The translations under genes and the position numbers were made by a program. A DNA stretch of 63,383 nt, the filler included, from Trichosphaerium sp. ATCC 40318 (taxonomy: Eukaryota; Protista; Tubulinea), in assembly GCA_038496445.1 (NCBI GenBank). It is 4 parts of 4 records of this genome, joined end to end, with 100 filler letters (N's around TTAATTAATTAA, not from the genome) between each part and the next. Parts side by side here need not be neighbours in the genome. Positions count along the whole stretch, not along the records: positions 1 to 24,213 come from JALMLS010000037.1; 3 more parts are not named here. One strand, written 5' to 3'. The stretch's first letter is position 1. Each line of letters starts with the position of its first letter. The notes beneath the pieces are model-generated. The model did no database searches. It had not been told where the DNA came from and worked only from the letters and a program-made list of their open reading frames with translations. Positions 1 through 14,400 of the stretch are shown piece by piece.

Positions 1-407
1 GATAGCGTCATGCGCCCGCAATTCCACTAGACCCAGTATTGATTGTATGTTATTTCTAGGGCTGTTCATTGCTAGGATCATTATCCGTTTTGTGTACTGT
101 AATTAATACGTATGGCGTCATCGAAGATCCAAAATGTAACATAAACTTATAGCTTGCACAATTAACAGATTTTTGCAAAACAAGGGTTGAATCTTCTAGT
201 CTCCCATTCTTCATTTTCGCCATTTAGTAATGGCGGCATCAATTGAATCAGCTTTGGCAGAAAATTTAAGTGCTAATAAAAAACAGTCTCTTGATTTCGC
301 AGTCTTTTTATTGGTACCCATAATGTATTTTATGTGAGCGAATGTTCAAAATTTGTACGGAACATCTGACAACATGTGAAAGTAAGTACAATTTTGCTGG
401 CTGTTAA

Positions 408-1083
408 TTAGAGGTGTGGAATGCCTCTACTATGTTGTCCTAGAGAATAATGTATAAATTCATCAAAGTAATCAACACGGCGTGCACGCAGCTGGCACCT
501 GGTTTCTATACAGAAAGGAGTACTAAATCTACTTTTTTCAATAGCATAAAGGCCTTTTAATGATAGAATAGCCTCATCTGTAATTTGGTCACAGTTTTTA
601 AGACCAATTGTATGAACACCTGATAGTGCTTTAACACCTTCATCTGTCACTGATGTGCCACCAATGTGAATAGTGTGAACGCCTGCAAGTTCTTTTACTC
701 CTTCGTCTGTAACTGAAGTATCTTTAAGGAAAACTGTATGAGCCCCTTTCAATGCTTTGACTCCTTCATCTGCCCTTAAGATAAATAGTATGAACTCCTG
801 CAAGTGGCTTTAAACCTTCATCAGTAGCTCTAGTGTCAGTAAGGTTAATAGTATGAACGCCTTTCAATGACTTGATGCCTTCATCTGTAATGTGTTCACA
901 ATCAAAAAGGTCTATAGTGTGAACGCCTGCAAGTGCTTTGAGTCCAATAGCTGTCACAAAAGTGGAAGTAAGATCATTTTATGTACACCGTTCAATGCCT
1001 TGATACCTTCATCTGTGATTGAATCGCAACAATAGAGACAAATAGAACTTACTGTCTTGTTTGTTTGTATTATGGTATTGGCA
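408..1083 (-). pseudogene. Intronless leucine-rich-repeat protein, frameshifted
   Basis: ORFs 408-803 and 766-957 plus upstream frames carry tandem ~24-aa repeats (TDEGVKALxGVHTIxL) split across frames; no introns seen. Confidence 0.75.
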
Positions 1084-1106
1084 TGTCCTTAGATTGTGCC
1101 ATGAGC

Positions 1107-1960
1107 TTATCTTTTTTTAATGTATTCGTCTAGTTTTTTTAAAAGACTCAAGTTTGCATTGTTTAAGATACTTTCAAGTTGTTTTACGAATAGTTGACGT
1201 TGTTTTGCAACAATTTTACTGAATTTCTCTGTGTGCTTCTCGCAATAGTATGTGATTGCTTGCTCAACTGAAGTACCTGGTAAATTCATTACTTTCGTAC
1301 TGCTTTGATTAGATTTAATACAATAAGAAATCTTGCTTCTACTTAAGTAAACGATTAAGCAAGAAGTACTTTTAACTCTCAACAAGGTTGCAAGCAACGC
1401 TTTTTGCATCTGACCATTCATTCTTCTCTGAGTGACTGAACGAAATGTTCGCACTATGTGGCCTTGTCAAGATCTCAATCCAGGTGAGTTTGTCTTCTTT
1501 GGTGAGCTTGTTTGCTCTTTTCTGGAATACAAACAAAGGATCGCGGATACCGGTGGGTAAGTCGCTAATTAATAATATCATCTCGGATAGGAATAAAATC
1601 ACACCAGTCATCATGCTGTCATGGAAGCAAACATATCCGTCTATGGAAGGGCTTAGGCAAACCTTATACTGCGAAACAATAAAGTTACCTTCCACGTGAT
1701 TCAACCAAACCTCAAAGTCTTCCTTGACATTTTTCAACTCAAGTAAATAAGAGCCCAATCTAACGTATTTATGAGATTGAAGCTTATGAAAGGGAGTACT
1801 TTGCTTGTACTTTTTGCAACATTGTAAGAAAAAACCTGGACAAATTCAATTATAGCGGCTAAGTTTCGCTTTTGTAAGTTGTCACGCATCTCTGGTAGCG
1901 TATCATCGATCCATAGATATCCGATTAACCCTTTACTAGGCATAAGGCACGCACTGGGAC
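1107..1960 (-). pseudogene. Intronless gene of unknown function broken into three overlapping frames
   Basis: ORFs 1734-1943, 1372-1758 and 1107-1454 overlap end to end on one strand with protein-like composition. Confidence 0.45.
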
Positions 1961-2551
1961 ATTGTCATATCGTACCTAGATGCCTTAGAGTTTTCGGCAG
2001 TTGCCAGACCAAAGTGAACGACCCAATTTCTACAGTTCGCTGGTTTTTGCACAAGCTGTACATTACCATCAACGAATCATTATAGCTTTCAGTGATTTAG
2101 TTGCTGTTTCACGTGATGCCGTTGGCAACTCATCAGTGTTCGTGTACGATCAATGCGTTGTTTTTTTCACTTTTTGGAGTCTTCGATTTCGCCCAGAGGA
2201 AGAAATTGTAGGCACGCAACGTCAGAAATTTTCTAATCAATGTTTAATTGGTTGAAACGCACAATAGTAAGTAGTGAACTTTCTTCACGTGTATGGACTC
2301 GCGTTGACTGTGTGAGTTCTTTTTTTGGGTTTGTTGTTTACTGTTATTTAGTACAACAGCGCTAGCCTGCGTTGTGATGGAAAAGCAAGCTAATGAGCGA
2401 TAGCGTAAGCTGTTTAGTGTCGGGTGTATGTTGACATTTTTCCGCTAGGTCAAAGCAGCACGCTACGCATGTAAGGTTATTATAGAATGTTGTTTGGAGA
2501 TAAAACAGATTGTAAAGAAACGCTCGTTGCCAGACGCAATAATAATACATA

Positions 2552-5357
2552 ATGACGACAGCAGTGTATTCTCAAAGGAATTTAGAGCCTCAGCAGCAAG
2601 GTAAGTGTATTACTACCGCTTTTTACTAAAGGCCTCACCAACCAACGTAGAGCGGCCGTGAATACGCTAAAACTAAGTAATTACATTGATTCTGTCGTTA
2701 CGGGCAATTCGCATAACTACTTCACTCAAAGTGTACTACAGTCCGTTTTCGACCTTAAAAAAGCGATAAAAAGCTATATAGAAGAAGCTAGAGCGAGTTA
2801 TGTTAACCGTGGAGGTATAGCGCCATTATCAAGCAAAATAGCTCATATCGCTGCAAAGTACGCTTCATCGCCGTCCAATTTTTGTAGAAATCAACTTGCT
2901 TTCCAAAACAAAAAGTTGTCACGTGGTTAAACAAAAGATTTTAGTTTACGATCTATTATTGCCGCAACAAGCTCATGGCATTCTACGGATATTATTGATC
3001 CACCTCCTCAAAACACATTGTCAAGTGTACCAGAATATATGGCCCCTCAAAGTACACTGTCGGTTCACCATAGTCCACGAAGTGTTCTCGAAAATAAGAA
3101 TGTAACAACTGCGCCTGAAAATAAGCTTCCTCTGTTATCTCTTAGCAGTGCTCCAATACCAACGATATCTATTGATGAACCTGGTTCTCCGCCTGTTGTA
3201 TCCCCGCTAGTAAGAAGAAAACCATCACTAGGTGATTCAGGAAGAAGTATTTCTTCTAGGCAGTTGCCTAGAAAAAAAATTACACAAAAACATGTTAAAC
3301 GAAGTGTTTCTTCTAATTGCATTGCTGATATGTTATCTGATGATACGGCAATATCTACAAGAAAGCGTCCAATGGCCATGAGATTTACAAGGGCACCACT
3401 AGGCACGTTTTTTTCTCGAGTTTGGAGGAACTTGAAATATCTGATTGTTTTTTTAGGTGTTGTTTATAAATCCAAGAAGGATGTTTATAAACCTGATAGT
3501 CTTGTTGACCCACTTGGATTTATAATTCCAAACGAAGATGAAGTATTGTTTGGAGAGTTTTTAGCATGCTACGCTGTTAGTAATCACACAAGGAGTAAAG
3601 TGTGGGACACAAAAATGGTATGTACTTTCTATTTCCTGTTTTTTTCTGAACGATATTTTCTAAGTAAGTGTAACATAATACTAATAATTTTATTGAAGGA
3701 AACTCTAAGATTATTTGATGACCAGTACGTTGAGAAGTTATCTTCAAAAATGAGAACTCAAAGGTGCTACTCCTTTCGCTTTTGCATTGAAACAAACATC
3801 AATCTCACGTTTTTTTTCTTTCTTTAGAGGTAGTATTAATATGCCTTGGATAATGACAAAAGAGAGCGAAATTAGACAAATGATACATAGAGGTATACCC
3901 CACCATTTAAGACGAAAGGTATAACATTGTTTATGAATGCAATTGAGAAAGAAATCTTAGTTTTCTTTTTCTCATATTTGGGTTTGTTTTGGTCTTTTCT
4001 CGGTTTAATCTGTTCTAGGTGTGGCCTATGATTAGTGGATGTAATCAATATAAATTTAAGTATCCTTCTGGATATTACGATGCTTTACCTAAGTGTGACA
4101 GTCCGTGGCTTGTAGACATTGATAAAGATGTCATTAGGACCTTTACTCAAAATGTAAAATTCCCAACTGAGCATAGAAAAAAGCTACGAAAAGTACTTAT
4201 AGCGTTATCTCTTCATAACAAACTTATTGGTACGAATATATTGAGAATAATTTGTTTACATTAGTTATTACAGTAAAAATGAGGTTAGTCCATAACATGA
4301 CACTTTAGGATACTGTCAAGGCATCAATAATATATGTGGAATGCTGCTTTTAGTTCTTGAAGAAGAGGAGACTTTTTGGATGCTTTGTACTATCCTTGAG
4401 ACTCTTGTACCTCCTAATTATCACTCTGAGGTATGTATAGAGTATTTTAGTATTGTGTGAGGCTAATAGTTGGAGTAGACTTTACGTGCTTGTCAGTGTG
4501 ATCAAGAAGTTTTGAGCTGTTTAGCTAAAGATAAGATTCCAAATATTTGGCATCATATGCAACGATTGCAGGTTTCCTTTGCTATGATAAGTACTGGTTG
4601 GTTCTTACAGATATTTTCAGCTACTCTACCATCGGAGGTATGAATGATACTTTCTTTTCTTGCTCCTTGTTTATTAAGACGATTTTTCTTTGTTTGCCGT
4701 TCTTATATTTTTCGTACTTATTTGTTAATTTTTTGTTTGAATAGACACTGTTGAGGGTTTGGGATACGTTCTTCTTAGAAGGATCAAAAGTATTATTTAG
4801 GACTACAATTGCATTGATAAAAATGCATGAATCTGCTATTCTTGCTACAAGAGATGCTTCTAGTCTTCTTCTGGAGCTACAAAATTGTGCAAAAAGGGTA
4901 CGAGATCTTCAAAAAACAAATACTCTCACAGCAAATCAAACAATCAACAAAAGATGTTTTATCATTAACACGTTAGTTGTTTGTTCATGTGTTTTTGTTT
5001 GCTTATTAAAGAAGTACAATACAATAATAAGAGGCTTTTTTTAAATTACAATAATGATTCTATTTCAAGCCTCACAAGTCTGTCTCACGTGACATGTGAC
5101 TCTCTTGCTTGTGCTATTTGTTTTGCAATTTATTTTTGTTATTTTTTTTGGTATTAACTCTAATGCTCTAGTGTTATAATGCTGATAAACTGGCTACTAT
5201 TTCATACCGTAATGTTGGCAGATTTCCAAACAGAAAAATCGATAGGCTCAGAAAACACTTTATGGCAAGTGCTGAAACTGAAGATATTGACCGTAATATA
5301 CGCCCATCTCCTCCTAGGATACGTCCAGGTGTTAGAACACGATCACTAACATTCTGA
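2552..5357 (+). CDS. TBC-domain Rab GTPase-activating protein (multi-exon)
   Basis: Motifs IHRGIPHHLRRKVW, IDKDVIRTF (IxxDxxR), GYCQG and LRVWDTFFLEGSKVLFR, separated by spliceosomal introns. Confidence 0.9.
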
Positions 5358-5868
5358 ACACAAATCAACGTTCGACAAAAGAAAGAAATAACAACTGTAC
5401 ATAAATTTTTTAGCCGTTTAAAAGGATGTCTTTTGATATATAGTTTTATTCCTTGGAAAAATGTTGCATACACTTAATGTGAGATGTTCTAGTTGTTGGT
5501 TAGATGTAGGGCATTAAAACCAATGGCTTTGTGGTCCTTTACGCAAGCGCAATATTGTTCCTTGATTGTGCACTAGTCTTGTAATTTCTTCCGAAGGTAT
5601 TTGCAAAATGGCTAAATACAAATTCAATACATTAATATTACCAATGGACACTGTTACCCCAAAGAACCAATCTAGCCGGTAGTGCCAACCACCAATTGAA
5701 CTTTATTGATTGTATGAAGATAAGCACTTCATTATACTACTAAACGCACTAAAGTAAACTAAAGTACAACAGCTGTAACCAAATCAATAAGTCAAATCAA
5801 CAACTATTGTGCGTTTTAACTTATTCAATTAGACTTTACAAGAAATTGAGTGTTTTTATTTGTTATGA

Positions 5869-7131
5869 TTAAAAACATTTTCTATGAACAAGACTTGGAC
5901 CATATTCATCATATTCTTCGTCAGACATAGCAGATTGTAAGTACAAATTACTAAGACTTCCTAAAATAGATCCACCAACCCAAGTAGCAATACTTCTTTT
6001 AGGAGGTTGTATAGCCTTAACAGTAATAGTACTCGGAGCTATATTCATTAAATCATATTGTAAACGATCACCAAAACCAGGAATCATAGAGGAACCACCA
6101 GTAACAAGAACATTACGATAAAAAGTAGTACACAGTGACATGTCACATTTCCTAATTCCTTCTTGTATTATCTCAACTAATTTTCTTTTTTCTTCAACTC
6201 CTTCAATAAGACTAGGATTTAATAAAACCTCAGGACAAGTATATTGTTCCTTAGATAAAACAAAGGAGTGTCCATTCATATCATATTTCAATTCTTTATC
6301 CAATTTCTTACTATAAAATGGAAGTCCTGGATCCATACAACAAACAGATTCTTTCATTGTATTATAGCTTTCAAAGGAAGGAGTGAAAGGCTTATCTGAG
6401 GATACTCCTTGTGGTTCTGGAGCTATTTTCATCAGATACTCTGTTACATCCTTACCTCCAACTTTTATGCAGGAAGATGCATGTTTTAGTACTTTATCTG
6501 CAAATATGTATGTTATGTATGTAACATCATAATTTGATTGAACTACACAACCCTCTGATCGTCCAGTTGCAAATAATGCAAGTACAGGACGCGGCATGAG
6601 TAGTAAGTGGGGTGTTTTGTATTTTTCGAACATAATCTCTGTTGTCTTTTCTCTAGAAGTTCATTTCATTAGCGGTTGGTTGTTAGAAGGTTTGTTGTTA
6701 CCTGTTTTCGTTTGGATTCAATGGCGCTTCTGTGAGAATAACTCCTGTCTCTTCAGGGGATGCACAAGCACCTTCATACATAGCATAACGCCATATCTCA
6801 TCGATAGCATCGAAATCGGTTATGTGGCCATGTTTTACTGGGTATTTCAACTCCAATACGTCTCGTAGCTTTTGGGCTTCGTTTCCAACGTATGACCGCG
6901 GTTTTGCGTTCGTTTTACCTTGATCGGATTTCGCTTTACCCCAAACCGTCGGAAAAGTAGTAAATGGGTCATCAGAACCCGCAATACCCACTCTACACGT
7001 CCTGGAGCCAGTATCAATTACAATGGGATCTAATTATGGGTCAACTCGACCATAAACCATCGCTCAGCGAATGGCGCTTGGTGCTAAACAACTAAAACTA
7101 GGTTTCTTCACGTACAATCGTCTTCAGACAT
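5869..7131 (-). CDS. Divergent actin-related protein (multi-exon)
   Basis: IVIDTGS, LKYPVKHG, LTEAPLNP, VLVTGGSSMIPGFGDRL, TWVGGSILGSL and C-terminal EYGPSLVHRKCF. Confidence 0.9.
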
Positions 7132-7561
7132 TTAGAAACTCGGTGCTTGTGATAGAAAACACAATCGTACTACACAAGACTCTTGTCAAGTGATAAGCAA
7201 CGTATTGAGTGAAGGCGCGTTTAAGGCAGAAATAGATAAGGCAATGTTTCAAAGAGCAATAACAGGCTGTGCAGTGTCGTTTATTCGCTACTCAATCTCT
7301 TCTACGCGTAAACCAAACGTTAAAGGTGCTTTTCATCACTACAACTGTTACTAACAAAAACGACTAGTTTTTCGCTCCAAACGCATACACACAGTATTTA
7401 GTACCAATTTACGCGTCAGATCATCCAGTTGCGTAACAACATTATTTCTCCGCTATCGCGTTTAATTTCGCCCGGTCTGACAGCCATCGCGATAATAATA
7501 CACCGCGTTTGACCAACAAAACCAAAACACTTACACTTTAATAGCCACAAATATAGCAGCG

Positions 7562-8857
7562 ATGGCGTCACAAGTACCTATAATGACTTGGCAACAGCTA
7601 GAAAGCATGACAGACTACAGTATTGATTACGTGAACGGTCCTACAAACCCGCAGTCCAAGCTCCGTCTCTTTGGCAAATCTGAGTCTGATGTTCGCGTCA
7701 CACTATTCAGAGATCATCACGCTTGGTGTCCTTACTGCCAAAAGATTTGGTTGTGGCTAGAAGAGAAGAAAATCCCATACAAAGTTGAAAAGGTCACAAT
7801 GTTCTGCTACGGCGCAAAGGAGCCATGGTATAAGCGTAAAGTACCTTCTGGTATGCTTCCAGCAATAGAACTAGACGGTAGAATCATTACAGAGAGCGAT
7901 GATATCATAGTCGCTTTAGAAAAAGTATACGGTCCTTTACAGAAGGGAATGCGTGATTCAAGAGTTGTTCCACTTCGACAGCTCGAAAGACTCCTCTTCA
8001 GGGCTTGGTGCGCATGGCTATGTCGTCCTCTTCGATCAAAACGCGAAGAAGACGCTATGCGTGCTAAGTTTCAGCAAATAATGTCAAAAGTTGAAGAAGC
8101 ACTTGGAAGCACAGAAGGTCCTTATTTTCTTGAAAAATTCGGAACAACTGATGTCATTTTTACACCTTATGTTGAGAGGATGAATGCCAGTTTATATTAC
8201 TACAAAGGATATAATATGCGTAAAGAGAATCCTAAGTTTGGCGAATGGATGGATGCGATGGAAACACGTGATACTTATCGTGGTACTCAGAGTGATCTAC
8301 ATACACATGTTCATGATTTACCTCCTCAAATGGGTGGTTGTTGGGAGAGTGGTAGCCCAGAGATGCTTGAGTGTAAAGATAGAGTAAATAACGGACCTTG
8401 GGAAGGACTTCCTGATGTTGGTTTTCCTGAACCTAAAATGTCAAAGGAAGAAGCTCTTTATCGTGTTTGTAAGCATAGAGATAATGTTATCAAGACAAAC
8501 CCTGCTGATAATACATTATTTGATACAGCACTCAGATGCGCATTAACAAATATGATGACAGGGAAAGGTACAAACAAAGAAAATTTTGAGACTTTTGAAG
8601 CAGTTTTGGTTTGCTCAGTGTTTTGTTGTGGTTGTTTGTTAACGTTGTTTTTAGTTTGTACACCTCCAAGCGGATCAGATGTAGCATTGAGATACATGAG
8701 AGATCATATAAGTGTACCAAGAGATATGTCAGTATGGGCAGCACGTGTCTTAAGAAAATCTCTTGAAAGTACAGCTGCTTTGGCTGGGGACGGGCAAAGT
8801 AAACCGCTAACGAAAAATCATCGTCGTGACCAAGACCCTACACGTTTTGCTAATTAA
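7562..8857 (+). CDS. Glutathione S-transferase with CPYC active site; one in-frame intron near 8568-8654; possible upstream targeting exons from 7244
   Basis: [40 protein letters not shown], followed by a GST C-terminal region. Confidence 0.85.
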   Translation: MASQVPIMTWQQLESMTDYSIDYVNGPTNPQSKLRLFGKSESDVRVTLFRDHHAWCPYCQKIWLWLEEKKIPYKVEKVTMFCYGAKEPWYKRKVPSGMLPAIELDGRIITESDDIIVALEKVYGPLQKGMRDSRVVPLRQLERLLFRAWCAWLCRPLRSKREEDAMRAKFQQIMSKVEEALGSTEGPYFLEKFGTTDVIFTPYVERMNASLYYYKGYNMRKENPKFGEWMDAMETRDTYRGTQSDLHTHVHDLPPQMGGCWESGSPEMLECKDRVNNGPWEGLPDVGFPEPKMSKEEALYRVCKHRDNVIKTNPADNTLFDTALRCALTNMMTGKGTNKENFETFEAVLVCSVFCCGCLLTLFLVCTPPSGSDVALRYMRDHISVPRDMSVWAARVLRKSLESTAALAGDGQSKPLTKNHRRDQDPTRFAN

Positions 8858-9102
8858 CACTCGTGCAAATACGCTACACTCGCTGTGAAATAACCACTAA
8901 AAAGTGCTTAATAAAATTCTGTTTGTTCTTTTCTCGTATCTTTGTAACAGTCATTAGTTATAAAGAGATGGTTCCTACAATGAAGCAAAACAAATACTTC
9001 TTTGAACCGATGGAATGCGAAAGACAACTCCGTAAAGAGCACATACTATCTTATAACATAATGCTGACAAGATGTGTCACGTGTTTATTATTATTTGTCT
9101 GT

Positions 9103-10680
<1,578 letters not shown>

Positions 10681-11114
10681 AGTAAATACCAACCAGCTTT
10701 TCCAAACCACGTACTTTGTTGATCAACCAGCTACTAAAAAGTTTTTCAGTTGACTTTCCAAGACAATTCGTGTTTACCTCAATTCAACGTAACGCTTATG
10801 TCTTGGATAAGGGAATATAACGTAACTTCCTTATTACTCTTAACACTGTGACTGCAGGTATTGTGCAACAAAAATTGCAACATTACTTATCACATGATGG
10901 GTGTTTATACGAACTGAAGGAGATTGAGTTTTATTAGGATGTCTTGTACATTGTAAGATTTACAACATTACTTGTCCGTAAAATACTTATCAGCTTTATA
11001 TTTCTCTTTTAAGTGTTGACTGTGGCAAATACTTGAAGAGGAACAGCATTTATAGTTTCAGAATATGTAACATAAACTGTATGTAGTTTGCCTCAAAGAG
11101 CCCCCTCTATGGGT

Positions 11115-11133
11115 TAGTCAAGTACAATATCTA
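11115..11133. repeat. Target-site duplication, left copy (right copy 15527-15545)
   Basis: Exact 19-bp match TAGTCAAGTACAATATCTA. Confidence 0.97.
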
Positions 11134-11479
11134 TTTTTTTTTTTTAGAATAAGAGGCAGCGCGCTAGCGCCTACTTTATTACATATGGTTTTGTTACAGG
11201 TTTGTTTGTTTACATTGTATAAAAATAAAATAAATTTATTGTGCAATAAGTTCCTTCTCAACAGTATACCGACGTATTGACATAAATAGAATTATTAGAA
11301 GCAAGTAATACGATATAATAAAAGAAGAAGAAGGGGGGTTGGGGGGAAGTTTCCCCCCCAAATAAAAAGAAAATCACTTTAATATAAAAACCACACACTA
11401 AGTGCGGTAACTAGGTATAGGGAGCGCCAACGGCTCCAAATTTGCAAAGCAAATTAGGAGGGAACGCGACCCATGATGT

Positions 11480-14400
11480 CTAGTTGTAAATTGAACCTAG
11501 TCTAAGTACAGGTTTGGAGATTCTTCTAGCGTTAGTAGGTTGTAAATATTTACTCAAAATAATTGTACCATCTGGTAATATATCGTCAATTCCGCTTCCA
11601 ACAATAAATGCAGGTGTATTAATTTGTAGTCTCCGCAAGCTATTCTGTTCTGACACTACATTTGTATAATCCATTTGAACGTGGCATTTGAATCTGTCAG
11701 TTGTCCATCTATTTGTGGTCTCATTCTTGTATATCCAATCAACTTTTTTTATTGTTCCATTGTAAGTAGCAATAATCATCCAATTAATATATTTGTATCT
11801 GATCTGTTGTCCTGATAACCATTTACCTACAGGTACACCATGTTTAATATCATTTCTAATGATCCAAGTTATCGCCAAAATTATTCCTATTTCCAAAAGG
11901 TGATGTACTGATTTGCAATTTTCTAGCGATACTTTTAGTGACACATCTGGTTTACAAAATGATAATAGATCAAAAACAACTTCCATTATCTTGCTGGGTA
12001 TCGACCAGTCAAAAAATATTTCTTCGTGCTTCTCTGGTGGGAATGCATCTTTTTTGTGCGTAACAGGGAGACATCTCATAATAAATCTCCATAATATATC
12101 TCTAATGTAACTTACACCTTTAAATTTGTTTAGTAGCTTGAGTATCATTGAGTTAAGGATAAAATTTTTCCTAAAATGAGGTTTTAAACGTGGAATGATT
12201 TTCTTACGTAAAATATTTGTAAAAAATTTTACTTTTCTGAATTTGTTTTCTGGTTTTATGTTAAATGATTCAAAAGAAACTCGGCACAAAGAACTTAGCT
12301 GTGACCCATCTTTCCATGCCTGTGAATATATTGTATCAATCGCCAAGTGCCGTTCCCACAACGATGCTTTAAATGCATTGCTTATTTGCGCAATCGAACT
12401 GAGAGAAAAACCTCCCAAGGAGAATGGAAGTGACAGTTGCGTCCAAGATACACGACAATAGACCTTCTTCTTGTCAAAGACACGTGATACATCCCAAAGA
12501 AACCAGTTGCACACATTGATAATTTTGGCAGTTGCACTAGGAGGGATTGAAAGAGGCCTGGTGAAGTAGATTAGTTGAGATTGAGCATACGATTTAAAAA
12601 TATTGATTTTTTGTCGAATTGTTTTACACAGCGGCTTCCACTTTACTAGTTGTACTGTTATTTTGTCTATTGCTTTGTTCCAATCAAAATTCAAGCCGTC
12701 ATCACTCAAAGTAAAGCCGAGATACCTGATACTAGTACCTGTATCGAACACTTTACTTTTATCATTATCCAAGCCTGAGATGTTTGCTTGAAAGCATTTC
12801 TTTTCGTTAATCTGAAGACCAGTTGCTTTTCCATATCTTGTTAACCAATAATTCATTTCATCAATATCATCTATGGAGCTAGCTAATAATAACAGATCGT
12901 CAGCAAAGAATAGGTTTTTAAGCCAATTCTTTAGACTCATCTCGGCACCCTTGATATAAGCTTCATGATTTATGATCCAGTTGAGCGGTTCCACCATTAG
13001 TGCGAAGAAATAAGGGCTTATAGGATTTCCTTGACCTGTACCTCTCTTTGTACAAAAGGTTTCTTTGCTAACGACATTGTTGATTCTTACTTGAACATCT
13101 AATTTGAGAGCTTGAACTAACATTTTAGCAATCTTGTCAGAGAATCCTATTTTTGTTAGGAATACTTTTAGCGCAATATGGCTACAGGAATCGAAAGCTT
13201 TTTTGAAATCATATGCAATCATCCTCAACCATTTCGAGTGCTTTTTGTTGTAGGCTATGGTTTCTAGAGCAGCTATGACATTGTCAACAATATCCCTTCC
13301 TGGTATGAAACCGTTCTGGGTTTTGAGGATAATTTTTGACATGAGAGGTGTCAAGCGATTGTAGAAAACCTTCATTAAAATTTTGTAATCAACGTTAGTA
13401 AGAGTTATAGGACGGTAGTTAGCCATCAATTTGGGATCTCCTTTTTTGAAAATAGGAATAATCGTACCCTTACATAGAAACTGATCTACACAACCTTGTT
13501 TGATAAATGTATTAAATAGACTTGTAAGTGACGGAACAAAAGTTTCCTTCATAGATTTGTATACACACGCTGATAAGCCATCTGGGCCTGGAGCTTTATT
13601 AGAAGGCATGTTGTTTATTACTTCTTCTATTTCTTCTTCTTCAATAGGAACATTTAGTTGTTCTTCCAATTCTACAAAGGACTTAGGTTTCCATAAACTA
13701 CTTACTTGGTTAAGGACTTCTTCATCTATTCTAAGGTCGTCGTATAGATTTTTGTAAAATCTGACACTTGTTGAAAGTATTTCTTTTATATCTTTTGAAG
13801 ACGTGTTGTTCCATGTGCACTTTAGTTCTTCAACTATTCTAGCGGAATTTCTGCCTTTTAATATCCTTGTTAGCTGAGCAGATGGTATTTCATTGTGTTT
13901 GTCTTTATCGATAGATGCCGCCACACAGGTAAATTCTTTCTTTTCTTTGGTGAGTTTATTGTATTCTAATAGGTCTTTCATAGTAGCTGTGTGTTTATTT
14001 GATAGAGTCGCTGCTAGCACATTGATTCGTGCGTTCTTTTTGAATAATAGATTGCGTTGATTTTTACTAAATCTAGTTATTAGTTCATTCTTATCACGTA
14101 CATAATCGCTTGGAGAAGGACCAAATGTTAAATCACACGTTTTAGTGGCTTTGTGTACTTCCTTGAAAAGAACTGGATTAATGCGAAAAGGACGAGGGAG
14201 TCGAGGACCGAATTCAAGAGAAGCAAGTAAAATCGAGTGATCAAGTTCAAAAATTGGCATGTCAAAAACTTTGAATGATTTTAGATTAGGAGATAACGTT
14301 TTAGAAATTAATAATAGATCTAATCTACCTCCTTTTTCATGTGTAGGCAGTACTTTGTGGAACTTTACCGCTGCATCAATAAATCCTAATTGTAGTAATA

